Assembly (NCBI RefSeq): GCF_963921235.1
Contig: NC_086097.1
Coordinates: 178,004,001-178,068,000 of the forward strand
Reading direction: 5' to 3'
Source: Mobula hypostoma
Lineage: Eukaryota
Length of the DNA: 64,000 bases
The notes beneath the pieces are model-generated. The model was not told where the DNA came from, did not search any database, and saw only the letters and a list, made by a program, of their open reading frames with translations. Of the stretch, positions 12,915 to 25,770 are shown piece by piece. The stretch's first letter is position 1; each line of letters opens with the position of its first letter. The position numbers and the translations under genes are program-made.

Positions 12915-14150
12915 AGGCCAGTGAGGGTTACATCAGTGATGGGCAAACTATTGGAGAGGATTCTTAGAGGCAGGATTTCTGAGCATAGTCTGACTAGGGA
13001 TAGTCAGTGTGGCTTTGTGAGGAGAGTGCCATGCCTTACAAACCTAATTGAATTTTTTGAGGACGTGACAAAGCACATTGATAAAAGTAGAGCAATGGAC
13101 ATTAGTAAGGTGTTTGATAGGGTTTGCCATGGTAGGCTCATTTAGAAAGTCAGGAGGCATGGGATCCAGGGAAATTTAGCTGTGCAAGTCAGATGGTAGG
13201 AGTAGATGGAGGGTACTCTGCCTGAAAGTCAGTGATCAGTGGTATCTTTTTGGGACCCCTGCTCTTTGTGGTTTTTATAGTTGATTTGGATGAGGAAGTG
13301 GAAGGGTGGGTTTGCAAGTTTGCAGAAGACACATAGGTTGTCTTAGGTTATAAGGGGACACTGACAGGAAGCAGAACTTGGCTGAGAAGTGACCAATGGA
13401 GTTCAATGTAGAAAAGTCTGAAGTGAATTACTTTGGAAGATTGAACTTGAAGACAGAGTTAATAATAGAATTCTTAGCAGTGTGGAGGAACAGAGGAATC
13501 TTGGGGTCTACATCCATAGATCACTCAAATTTACTACACTAGTTGGTTGGGTATTTGGTAAGGTCAGTTGGCCTTCATTAGTCTGGGGATTGAGTTCAAG
13601 ACCTACAAAGTAATGTTGCAGCTCTATAAAACTCGGGTTAGACCACACTTGGAAGCACTTCATGATTGGAGTAGTGTGTGCAGTCCTGGTCGCTCTAAAG
13701 AGGGTGCAGAGAAAATTTACCAGGATGCTGCCTGAATTAGAGAACATGTCTTATGAGGATAGATTAAGTGAAGTAGGGGTTTTCTCTTTGGAGTGACGAG
13801 AGATAACTTTGATAGAGGTGTACAAGATGTTAGGAGTCAGCCTGAGACTAATCCAGGATGGAAATTACTAATACGAGCTAGTACAATTTTAGGTGATTGG
13901 AGGAAAGTATGGGGAAGTGGGGAGAGAGAAGATGTCAGAAGTATTTTTTTTAAATACGGAGACTGGTGGATATATAGAATGGCTGCCAGAAGTGGTAGTA
14001 GAGCCAGGTAAATTAGGGACATTTAAGAGACTCTTAAGATAGATTGCATGAAACAAAAATGAAGGGCAATGTGGGAGAAAAGGGTTAGATTGATCTTGGA
14101 GTAGGTTAAAATGTTGGCACAACATTGTGGGCCAAAGGGCCAGTCTATGT
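12915..14150 (+). mobile_element. CR1 LINE 3' half, degenerate
   Basis: TSVMGKLLERIL, CLTNLIEFFE and LKRVQRKFTRMLP motifs; CR1 3' tail cacaacattgtgggcc. Confidence 0.85.
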
Positions 14151-14291
14151 TCTCTTTGGTCTGCAAGTTTCATGATTGCACGGGCTCATCTAGGTACTTC
14201 TAAAATATACTGTATATTTAGGGCTAGTGACCAGAGAAACAATTTCTTCCCCAGGATGGGTTTAGTGAGTCACAGATAATCAGGTTCCAAT

Positions 14292-14445
14292 TTCTTACTA
14301 GCTCTTCTTTCACTTAGTTCTGACGAAGGGTCTCGGCCCGAAATGTCGACCGTACCTCTTCCTAGAGATGCTGCCTGGCCTGCTGGGTTCACCAGCAACT
14401 TTGATGTGTGTTGCTTGAATTTCCAACATCTGCAGAATTCCTCGT
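14292..14445 (+). mobile_element. 154-bp solo PLE terminal repeat with hammerhead motif
   Basis: CTGACGAagggtctcggcccGAAATGTC at 14320-14347; 13-bp TSD atcaggttccaat at 14279-14291 and 14446-14458. Confidence 0.85.
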
Positions 14446-14819
14446 ATCAGGTTCCAATCATTGTTTTGATCTTGACATTGGTTTATTGTTGTCTCATGCA
14501 CTGAGATATAGTGAAAACTTCTGTTTGCAAACCATCCATACAGATAATTTCAAAACAAATGTACATTGAATTAGTACAAAGGGAAAAATACTAACAGAAT
14601 TGTTAATGCTTCTTGATTTTAAATCTCCCCTTTATCTCAAACGGTCCAAGGTGAACAACACCAGCTTCACAAGTCTTTCACCTTCAAAACCTTTGTGCCT
14701 ATATATTTAACACTGAAAATGCAAGCAGTAAGCATCATTGACCCCAAAACTATGATGTATTGGAGCTTGAGCTTTGTAATACAGTGTGCTTCATTCAAGC
14801 GTCTCAGAGTCGTAAAGTC

Positions 14820-16100
14820 AGAGATTTTTTCTTGCTGGTGCTACAGTGGGGTTGAATTATTCAGTGATGGTGCTGTGGGATGTAGTGTTTGGTAATATGT
14901 ATTCGCAAGGCCAGATGCATGGCGTTCAAAAGTCAGTTTCAAGCATTATGTGCCTACTATAAACGCCTCTGTTTACAAGCAACAGCAGTTGAGAAATATA
15001 ATATAGAAGTGAACTGTGACAGTGTCAACAGCATCAGAGACAACTCGAGCTACACAGAGCATAAACAAACAAATCACCAGAACATCCGACCCACAGCGCA
15101 CAACGTGAATCCCGCACCAATCCCGCAATCAGCGTCAAATGCGTGCTTTTCAACTGAAAAATACAACACTAACCCACAATGTCCACTGCTATTTGCATTA
15201 CATAGACAGACAATGCCAAAAGATATACAGTTATTAAAGTCAGATAAGGCAAACAACAGATGCAAGGCTTTACCAGGAGTTGGACAAATCGTACTCTGAC
15301 TATGCAATACCTCAATTAATTTGGCTACTGAATTTAAAACAAAAATCAACAGGATCACCGCTTGGAAGTCTAAGCAAAACCAGCAGGCTTAATAGCAGTA
15401 AATGTAATATCTTGGGATTTGCAGGAAACATAAGGACTATGGGGTATCCACCACAAAATAATAATAATAATCAGCATTAGTCTTGGACCAAATTTTTTAA
15501 AAGATCAGCTGCACTCAGGGCCAAGCTGCTGTTCTGAGCATCGCCGCTGCTGTTCCTTAGGTAGTTCTTGAGGTGTCTGAGGCAAGAGAAACTCCGTTTG
15601 CATGAGGGAGATGTCACAGGTAGAGTAAAAATCGATCCATTTTTCATGCCACCAAAATAATGCACGTGCCAGGCCCACACTAGCTTGTAAAAGCACAATG
15701 TGTGTGTGTGTGGGGGGGTGGGGCATCGTTAGTCTCGCAAGACCATTGATCTGCGCCTGGATATATACTATCAATCTCCCGCGTGAGTGACGCCACCACC
15801 TTAAGTGATCTTAGATCAGCTTAACTGATCTGAGACAGCAATGGCAAGACATTGACAACGAACGAATAAGCAGAAGTGTAGAGTGGATCTGACAGAGTTT
15901 ACAACTTTATTGCTGCGTGGGTGCTATGGTAATTCGGGGCGCTCTTTCACCAGATCAACTGGGGAAACAAGCTGTATTCAAAACTATACAGAGAAAGCAA
16001 AGCAGCTGCAGTTAATTTCTTGGTGGTGCTACGCTGGTGCTATTGCAATTTCTGCTGGGGTCATAGCCCCAGCTAGCACCACACCTGCGTAAAGTACGTG
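14820..16100 (-). mobile_element. hAT-family DNA transposon remnant, internally deleted (boundaries approximate)
   Basis: 15500-15630 on - encodes TLPVTSPSCKRSFSCLRHLKNYLRNSSG..NSSLAL, the hAT C-terminal dimerisation motif (S.ERSFS). Repeated GGTGCTA subterminal motifs; a TIR pair was not resolved. Confidence 0.7.
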
Positions 16101-17599
16101 TGTTTTTATGTTTATCGCCTAGTGAATGGGAAGTAGGAATGTTCTGCTTACTGGAAGCAAAGCAACACGCTCAATGCAGCTTGGTTAGGTTCTATATGAT
16201 GGATGTTGTCCAACAACATCAGAGGTAAGGAATGGGGTCAATACTGAAGGCTCCAATTTCATATTCATCCATACATTAAAATGCAACCCTTGAATAAAAT
16301 TTATGATCTTTATTGTATTAAGTACAACATACTTAAGTACTATTGTACTGCTCTTTGATCAAATCACTCATGGTCTTATGGAATAGCAGGAAGAACTTGT
16401 CACTAAAATTGAGTTAAAGACAAGGCTGCTCCAGAAACATTATAAGGAGATGTAAAGGAAATGAAAAGGGACGAAAGGAAATTCTTCACCCAGAAAGTGT
16501 TGAGTACCTGGAAAACACTGCCAGAGAGTGTGGTGAAAGCAGAGACAACATTTAAGAAGTGCTTAGAGGCATTGAGGGACAGAATCATGGAAGGAAGTTG
16601 TGCAAATTGGGAGTTTTTTTTTCCCCCTTTGGAGCGCAGGAGAATAAGGGGTTCATCAGAATGTTGCTGGGATTCGAATATTAGTTACAAGAAGTTGAAT
16701 AAACTCGAGTTGCTTCCTCTGATTCAATGGATATCTGGTAATAGTTTATAGCATTATAAGATGCATAGACAGGGTAGACAGTCAGAATCTTTTTTTACCT
16801 CCCAGGGTAGAAATGTCAAATACTAGAGGCTAAGGTTTAAGATGAGAAGAGGAAAGTTTGAAGGAGATGTGCGAGGCAATTTTTAAATTTTTACTTTTGT
16901 TTATTTATTTACACAGAGTGGTGGGTGTCTGGGATGTGCTGTCAGGGAAGGTGATGGACCATGTTTAGACGGCTAGGATTAGGTTAAACCTGTATCACGG
17001 AGTTACGGAGTAATATAACACATAAAAGTGGCCCTTGACCCATATTCTGGTGTTATACTATTGTACTGTTCTTTGATCAAATCATCCATGCTCTTATGGG
17101 ATGGCAAGAAGAACTCATGGCAGAAAAGCCTAGACTAGCTCCTACATCTTATAGTTATCACTGTAGCCAAAAAGTTGCAAAGCTTCAGCAACTCAGGGTG
17201 CCAAGGTACTCCAGTGGCTAGTATCGTCCCACAATCTGCTATTCCAATTGCAAAATCACAGTACACAGGCAGACCACAGACAGACAACTGTAGGGGTTGG
17301 AATTATTTTACAAGCTGACAGATAATTTGTTGTTAGAACTCTGTAACAGATATATTGTTTTCTTCCCTTCTAAACAACACTAAAGCACCATCAGATCTAC
17401 TCCATAAATTTTGCATCTATAAACAAAGTGAAAGTATTTCATTATCAGTCACTGAAGGTCTTATGCAATTTGTCACCATTAATGGGAGTGGGAATATGGA
17501 ACCTGCCCTATACAACTTATTTTTCTATCACAAACAATGCTTATTTTAAATAATTATTTCATTTGGATGTTTTGGGTGGTGACACCAGCACTGCTTTTA

Positions 17600-18650
17600 T
17601 ATGCATTGGGTACACAATACAGCACAGATACAGATCCTTTGGCCCGACTGCTCCATGCTGAATGAATTGTCCACACACCTAGTTCAGATTGCCTGTTTGG
17701 CCCATATCCCATTAAGCCCCACCACTCCATGTACCTATCCAAGTGTTTGTGGCTACCCTATCCTCTTCCTCTGGCAGCTCATTCCGTATACTCACTATGC
17801 TGTGTGTGAAAATGTTGCTCTTTAGGTTCCTTTTAAAGCTTTCCCCTCTTACCCTAAATCTATGCCCCCTTGATTTGGACTCACATGGCCTCGGGACAAC
17901 AGTTTTACCATCTGCTCTCATAACTTCAAACATTTTTATGACATTGCTCATTGTCCTGCATTCCAAGGAATAGTGTTCACTACGGAAAAGGACCTTGGTG
18001 ATTGTAGGGATGACTTACAGCAGACTGAAAAGCTTAAGCATATAGACAATAAGAAAGAGGATGTGCTGGAGCTCTTGGAAAACATCAAGTTGGATAAGTC
18101 ACCAGGATTTGATGAGATGTATCCCAGGCTACTGTGGGAAGCGAGGGAGGAGACTGCTGAGCCTCTGGCAATGATCTTTGCATCATCAATGGGGATGGGA
18201 GAGGTTCCAGAGGATTGAATGGTTGTAAATATTGTTCCCTTATTCAAGAAAGGGAGAATTTTTTAGGATGTGACTAAACACATTGATGAAAGTAGAGCAG
18301 TAGATGTAGTGTATATGGATTTCAGTAAGGCATTTGATAAGGTACTCCATGCAAGGATTGTTGAGGAAGTGAGGGGACCTTGCTTTGTGGATCCAGAATT
18401 GGCTTGCCCACAGAAGGCAAAGAGTAGTTGTAGACGGGTCATATTCTGCAAGGAGACCAGTGGTGTGCCTCAGGGGTCTGTTCTGGGTCCCCTACTCTTC
18501 GTGATTTTTATAAATGACCTGGATGAGGAAGTGGAGGGATGGGTTAGTAAATTTGCTGATGACACAAAGGTTGGGGGTGTTGTAGATAGTGTGGAGGGCT
18601 GTCAGAGGTTACAGTGGGACATCAGTAGGATGCAAAACTGGGCTGAGAAT
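17600..18650. mobile_element. Adjacent CR1 fragments in opposite orientation (3' end on - at 17600-17970; RT segment on + at 17975-18650)
   Basis: RGHRFRVRGE on -; [21 protein letters not shown] and KFADD on +. Confidence 0.85.
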
Positions 18651-19489
18651 ACTTGTGTGGCTCCAGATTTCCAGCACCTACAGGCTCCTGAGTCTCCAGA
18701 CCAGTCAGTTCCTCAGAAGCTCTTCTTTTTCCGATTTAACTCCTCTCCATCAAAGTTCCAATGAATCACAGGTCCAATCTGCTCAACCTCTTCTCACAAG
18801 GCAACAGCATCATAGAAGGCTCACCAGGTTAATTCCTTCAATGCACTACGTCAAATGTGTCCTTCCTTAAAGTTCAAAGCAAATTTATTATCCAAGGACA
18901 TACATGTTACCATATACAACCCTGAGATTCATTTTCTTGCAGGCATTTATGGTAAATAGAAGAAACTCAACAGAATCAAAGAATGACTGCCCAAACCAAT
19001 TCGCAAAAGACAACAAACTGCAAATATAAAAGAGAAAAAAAGTAATAATAAATAAGCAATAAACATTGAGAATATGAGATAAAGAATCCTTGAAAGTGAG
19101 TACATGGGTTGTGGGAACTGTTCAGTGATGAGGGGAGTAAAATTATCCCCTCTGGTTCAAGAGCCCGATGGTTGAGGGTAATAACTGTCCCTGACCCAGA
19201 GGCTCCTGACGGCAGCAGCAAGAAGAGAACATGACCTGGATGGTGGGAGTCATTGATGTTGGATACTTTCCTGCAACAGCGCTGGGTAGATGTGCTCAAT
19301 TACGGAAAAGGCTTTATCTGTGATGGACTGGACCATATCTACTACTTTTTGTAGGCACTTCCATTCAAGGGCATTCAAAAAGTAGTGGATATGATCCATG
19401 AAATATCCACGATATGATCCATAAGCAATGGAACAGGAACAGCCTCACCATATTGTGTAAATTTGCAGCAAGATTTCCTTTCTTATACT

Positions 19490-21070
19490 CCATAAGATAT
19501 AGGACCAGAATTATGCCTTTTGGCCCATCTAGACTGATCTGCCATTCAACCATGGCTGATTTATTTTCCCTCTCAACCCCATTCTACTACCTTTTACCCG
19601 TACCATTGACAGCCTTACTAATCAAGAACATATCAAATTCCACTTTAAATATACCCAATGACTTAGCCTCCATAGCTGTCTGTAGCAATGAATTCCACAG
19701 ATTCACCACCCTTTGGCTAAAGAAATTACTCCTCATCTCTATTCTAAAGGAACTAGAATTCTGAGACTGTGCCAACTGGTCCTAGACTCTCCCATTATTT
19801 GAAACATCTCCATACCCACTCTATGTAGGCTACTCAATATTCAATATGTTTTAATGAGATTCCCCATTCTTCATTCTTCTAAACTCCAGTGAGTACAGGC
19901 CCAGAACATCAAATGCTCCTCATTCCTGGGATCATTTTTGTAAGCCTCCTCTGAACCATCTCCAATGGTAGCTCATCCATTCTTAGATATGGGGTCCAAT
20001 ATTTCAAATGTCCTCTGACCAATGCCTTATGAAGTCTCAGCATTACACCCTTGCTTTTATATTCTAGTAATCTGGAAATGAGGGACTGCCTTCCTTACTG
20101 GCAACCCAACCTGCATTAACCTTTAGGGAATCCCAAGACCCTTTGCAACTGAATTTGCTCCCCATTTAGAAAATAGTCTGATACCCTGACACAGTGGTGC
20201 CAAGAAAACAACCTCTCTCTCAATGTTGAAAAAACAAGGAGTTGATTATAGGTTGCAGCTAGCCCCTACTGACATCAACGGGACTGTAGTTGAGATGGTG
20301 AGTAGCTTTAAGTTCCCCAGTATACACATCACTGAGGATCTCATCTAGTCTGTACGTACTGGCTGTGTGGTGAAAAAAGCACAACAGTGTCTCTTTCCCC
20401 TCAGATGGCTGAAGATGTTCGGCATGAGTCCCCAGATCCTCAGGATTTTCTACAGGGCACCATCAAGAGCATCCTAGTTGGCTGCATCACTTCCCTCAAT
20501 CGCAGAGCACTGCAGAGAGTGGTGCGGACAGCCTAGCGCCTCTGTGGATGTGAACTTTCTTCTATCCAGGACATTTACAGCAGCAGGCCCGGAGGATCAT
20601 CAGAGACTCCAGCCGCCCCGACCACAAACTGTTTCAGCTGCTTCTGTCTGGCCAACAGTACCGCAGCATTACGGCCAGGACAGACAGGCCAAGTTTGGAC
20701 AGCTTGCACCAGCCTTTCAGGTTTATCAATACACATTGATCTGATTGCATATCTGACTGTACATATATGTATACAAAACAGTCAGTGTTTGGGCAATGTC
20801 CTCCCTTGTTTCCCTTCCTTACTGCCTGTACATTGAGACAGAGATGCAACATAAAGATTTTTACTTCCTCATGTTGCGAGATGGATGTAAGATGCATGAC
20901 AATACACTTTGCCCATTATCCTAATCATTCTAAATCCTTCTGCAAACTCCTTTCTTCCTAAACATTACCTGCCCCTTCATCTATCTTTATATCATCTGCA
21001 AATCTGACCACAAAGCCATCAATTCCATTAACATAATGTGAAAAGTAGCAGAGCCAACACTGACCCCTAC
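19490..21070 (-). mobile_element. CR1 3' portion interrupted by a plus-strand Rex1-type fragment (~20180-20900)
   Basis: MRSNFFSQRVVNLWNSL on -. The insert shows KFPSIHITEDL and KKAQQCLF.LRWL-like Rex1 motifs. Confidence 0.75.
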
Positions 21071-21613
21071 TTCATCTCCCTTACAATAAAAGCCAATGTC
21101 TCAGTGGCCAGCCTAATGCCCTACTGTACTGGTATGCCAACTCTGTGTCTCGTGCTGACCTTGCGCCACACCATTCCATAGCCTTGCTCTGTGTAAAGAA
21201 CAATTTGCTTTTTCATCCTTCCTTTCAAAGTGGACAACCTGATGTCATACCACATTATACATCATCTGCTGACCTCACTTAACCTATCCATATCCTTATG
21301 TGGTTTTTCGTGTTCTCAAAGCTGATTTTGTATTTGAAGGAACTTTTGCTACAGTGCATTCAGCCCCCTTCTCCAACCTATTGCATGACAAGATATATTC
21401 TTGACTTCACAATCTGCCTCATCTTGGCCTTTTACTGTATTTGTCTGCCTGGACCCCACTCCTTGTAACTGGAAATCCATATTCTGCATTGTTATTGCTT
21501 TTCCCTTTGCAATACCTCAATGTACTTGTGTTTTCGAATGATCGGTATGGATAGCATTGCAAAACCAAATTTCTCATTGTATCTCGATAGATTTGACAAT
21601 AATAAACCAATTA

Positions 21614-23850
21614 CACCGAACAAATGTTTTCGAAAGTGTTGCTTTCTCAGAATTATTTTTTATTTGATAGACTGCTTGAAGCTGAACACAAATATACAGT
21701 ACCTATAAAAAGTATTCAACCCCCTCGCCCAGCTCCAGAAGGTTTCATGTTCTATTGTTTTGCAACATTGAATCACAGTGAATTTAACTTGGCTTTTTTG
21801 ACACTGATCAACAGAAAAGACTCTTTCATGTCAAAGTGAAAACAAATTTCTACAAATTGGTCTAAATTTATTACAATCAGTAAACACAAAATAATTGATT
21901 GCATTGTTACTCACCCGGTTCAAGTCAGTATTTAGTAGATGCACCTTTGGCAGCAATTACAGCCTTGAGTCTGTGTGGATAGGTCTCTATCAGCTTTGAA
22001 CATCAGGACGCCGCAAAGTTTCCCCATTCTTCTTTACAAAACTGCTCAAGCTCTGACAGATTGCATGGGGATCATGAGTGAACAGCCCTTTTCAAGTACA
22101 GCCACAAATTCTCAATTGGATTGAAGTCTGGACTGTCACTTGGCCACTCTAGGTCATCAACTTTGTTGTTTTTAAGCATTCCTCTGTAGCTTTCTTTGGC
22201 TTTATGGTTGGGATCATTGTCTTGCTGGAAAACAAATCTTCTCCCAAGTCACAGTTCTCTTGCTTCACAGTAGGGACGGTGTGTTTTTGATGATGTGCGG
22301 CGATTGGCTTACGCCAACATAGCATTTAGTCTGATATCCAAAAAACTCAATTTTGGTTTCATCAGACCATAGATGCTTTTTCCAGCTGACTTCAGAGTCT
22401 CCTATGTGCCTTCTGGCAAACTCTAGCCGTGATTTCATGTGAGTTTTCTTCCACGGTTGCTTTTTCTTTGCCACTCTCCCATAAATCTGTGACTGATGAA
22501 GCACCTAGTTAACAGTTGTTGTATGCGCAGTCTCTTCCATCTCAGCCAGAGCTCCTCCAGAGCTGTCATAGGTCTCTTGGTGACCTCTCTCACTAATCCC
22601 CTTCTTTGCATAGTCATTCAGGTTTAGAGGATGGCCAGCTCCAGGCAGATTTACAGCTGTGCTATGTTCTTTCCAATTGATGATTGACTTAACTGTACTC
22701 CAAGGGATATTCAGTGACTTGGAAATGTTCTTGTATCCATCTCTTCACTTACGCATTTCAATTACCTTTTCACAGACTTGCTTGGAGTGTTCTTTTGTTT
22801 TCATGGTGCAATTTTTGCTAGGACTCTGACTCACCAGCAGCTACATGTGTTTTTTTTAAAACTAAAATCAATTGAAACACCTTGACTGCACACAGGTGAT
22901 CTCTATTTAACTAATTATGTGATTTCTAAACCAATTGGCTGCACTAGGATGATTTGGTGTTTCATATTAAAGAGGGTGAATACTTAGGCAATCAATTAAC
23001 TTGTGTTTTATATTTGTAATTAATTTAGATCACTTGGTAGGGATCTGTTTTCACTTTGACACCAGTCTTTTTCTGTTGATCAGTGTCAAAAAAAAATCCA
23101 CTGTGATTAAATGTTGTAAAATAATAAAATATGTAAACTTCCAAGGCGGGTGAATACTTTTTATATTTTTATAATTTCAGACTGCTTGTATGACATAGGA
23201 ATTTGGAGAAACAAGAAATTATTTTTTATTGAATATAATGTGTTTAATTGCATAACAGTGCTGAAGCATTGCAATACTTCAACTAAGCTGAAAATGTTCT
23301 GTTGATAATTTCCATGTGTACTCAGTATCTTAGGCTTCTTGCTTAAGTGCCCAACAATAATCAGCCAGCATTGATGGATTCCAGTTGCCCTGTTACCCTG
23401 TCTCCATAACTGTAATGTTCTGGTGAAATCTTTCAGCCAAGATTTACAGGGAAGAAGTCTAAGTGGGAATGCAGAAAATGCATCTTTAGTGACACGTTGC
23501 ACTTCATGGTTTTATGTGCTTAAAGAATGTTCTCAACCAGCTGCACATAGATGGTGATCTATAGTTGCCAAGAAAATGTTCAACAACCTTGAATGCCTTC
23601 CAAGCAATTTTTTCCAGTTCCACTAGAAGTTCTTCAAATTGCCTGTCATTGATGACATGTTTGATTTGTGTACCAACAAAAGTGCCTTCCTTAATCTTGG
23701 CATCATTACTTCTGACTTGAATTATGAATTAAAATAGCAAATATAGGCAATTAAAGTGGTGCATTAGGGAAATTTCATGATTTTCATGTTCAGCAGCCCA
23801 AAATCCATTAGACACACCTATACAGGAAGCAAAATCATTGTTGTCCAGTG
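21614..23850 (-). mobile_element. Chapaev3 (CMC superfamily) DNA transposon, internally deleted, with nested Tc1
   Basis: 23340-23710 on - encodes DAKIKEGTFVG..AWKAFKVV.HFLGN..SLKMHFLHSHLDFFP.NLG..RFHQ.I..W.PSMLADYCW (with stops and frameshifts). Termini CAC(21614)...GTG(23850) with a short imperfect TIR; TTA on both sides (21611-21613, 23851-23853). Confidence 0.85.
21697..23165 (-). mobile_element. Tc1/mariner transposon with ~200-bp IR/DR-type TIRs and a dead transposase
   Basis: TA|CAGTACCTATAAAAAGTATTCA left end, with its inverted copy at ~22970-23165. Transposase remnants: MKTKEHSKQV..GYKNISKSLNIPWSTVK, RLEFARRH..WKKHLWSDETKIE, and ..AAKGASTKY*. Confidence 0.92.
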
Positions 23851-23859
23851 TTACCAACA

Positions 23860-25770
23860 GAACAGATTCCTGCAGAACACCACTGACCATGAGTTCCACG
23901 CAGAATGCAGACCGTCTACTACCACCCTCAGCCTTCTATGAGCAAGTCAATTCTGAAGGCACGCAGCCAATTTTCTCTAGATCTCATACTTCCTGACTTT
24001 CTGAATGAGCCTACTGTGGTGAACCTTGTCAAACACCTTACTAAAATCTATATATACAACATCCACTGCTCTACCTTCAATTTCATTTTGTCACTTCCTC
24101 AATGAATTCAGTCAGGCTTGTGAGGCATGAACTTGCCCTCACAAAGCTATGCTGACTACCCCTAATTAGACTATGCTTCCCCAATGCTCATAAATCCTAA
24201 TAGTTTGCCCACCACTTACGTAAGAGTCACTGTTTCATAATTCCCAGGGTTTTTGCTATTACCTGTTTAGAACAAAGAAATAACATTTGCCAGCCTTCCT
24301 TCATTCATCTGGTGCTACACCCATGGCTAGTGAGGGACACAAAGATCATTGCCAAAGGCACAACAATTTCTTCTGTTGCTTCTCATTGTAACCCAGGGTA
24401 ACCTGTCCAGCCCAGGGACTTACCTATCGTAATGTCTTTCAAAAGTTCCAGCACATCCTCTTTCATAATGTCAACATGTTCCAGTATATTAACCTGTTCT
24501 ATGCTGTCCGCACATTCATCAAGATCCCTCGCACTGGTGAATACTGAAGCAAAGTATTCATTAAAGTCTCCCTACCTCCTCTGACTCCAGGCATATTTCT
24601 CTTTTATCCCTGATTGGTCCTCCCTCACTCTAGTCGTCCTCCTATCATGTACGTGTAGAACACCTTGGGGTTTTCCAGCCTTCTCATGACCCTGCCAGCT
24701 TTCCTAAATCTGTTCTTAAGCTCCTTCCTGGCTACCTTACAACTCCAGAGAGTCCTGTCTGATCCTTGCTTTCTAAGCCTTAAGGATGCTTCCTTCTTCC
24801 TCATGATTAGGTGTTCTACCTCTCTTGTCAACCTTGGTTCCTTTACCCTACCATCCTTTCCTTGCCTCAGTGGAATAAACCTATCCAGTAGCCCATGTAC
24901 GTGCTCCCTAAACAATTTCCCCCATTTTCATTGTTCATTTTCCTGAGTACATTTGCTCCCAATTTATGTTCCCAAGTTCCTGCCTTAACTGTGCCATAAT
25001 TTGGCCATCCCCAATTAAATACCTGCCCATACTGCATCTATCCCTGCTCAAGACTATGGCAAAGGTCAGGGAATTGTGAGCACTGTCTCTGAAAGGCTCA
25101 CCCTCCGAGACTTGTCACCTAACCAGGTTCTTTGCCTAGTACCAGATCTAGTTAGTCTGCTCCTATAGTCAGCCTTTCTACATATTGTAGTCGGCCCGAA
25201 ACGTCGACTAATCTTTTCAACTGATGCTGACTGACCTGCTGTGTTCCTCCAGCGCATTGTGAGTGTTCCTTTGACAACAGCATCTGCAGATTATTTTGTG
25301 TTTCTACATATTGTGTCAGGATTCCTTCCTGGACACACCTAGTAAGTTCTGCCCCAGCTGAACCTTCTGCACTAAGGAGGAGCCAATATTAGGGAAGTTC
25401 AAGTCCCCCGTGACAGCAACCCTGTTATTGGTGCACCTTTCCAAAATCTGCATCCTAATCCACTCATCAGTGTCTCAGTTGCTACTGGGAGTGGTCAATA
25501 GAATATTCCCAATGGAGTGATTGCTCCCTTCCTGTTTCTGACTTCCACCCACTTTGACTTAGTAGACGATCCCTCCAGGACGTTCTCCCTTTCTACAGCT
25601 TGATTCATCCCCGATTAGCAATGCCATTCACCCACCTCTTTTACCTCCCTCCCTGTTGCTTTTGAGACATCTAAACCCCGGGATATTCAGCACCATTCCT
25701 GGCCTAATGATGGCTAAGTTTCTGTAATAATCACAACATCATATTTCCATGTACTGATCTATGCTTTTAG
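23860..25770 (-). mobile_element. CR1 ORF2 5' half (endonuclease to start of RT)
   Basis: Reverse-strand DFSKCFDKVH-like, NEYFASVF and ARKELKNRFRKA motifs. Confidence 0.85.
25189..25300 (+). mobile_element. 112-bp solo PLE terminal repeat, truncated inside the hammerhead
   Basis: Begins near cggcccGAAACGTCgactaa; 14-bp TSD tttctacatattgt at 25175-25188 and 25301-25314. Confidence 0.8.
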
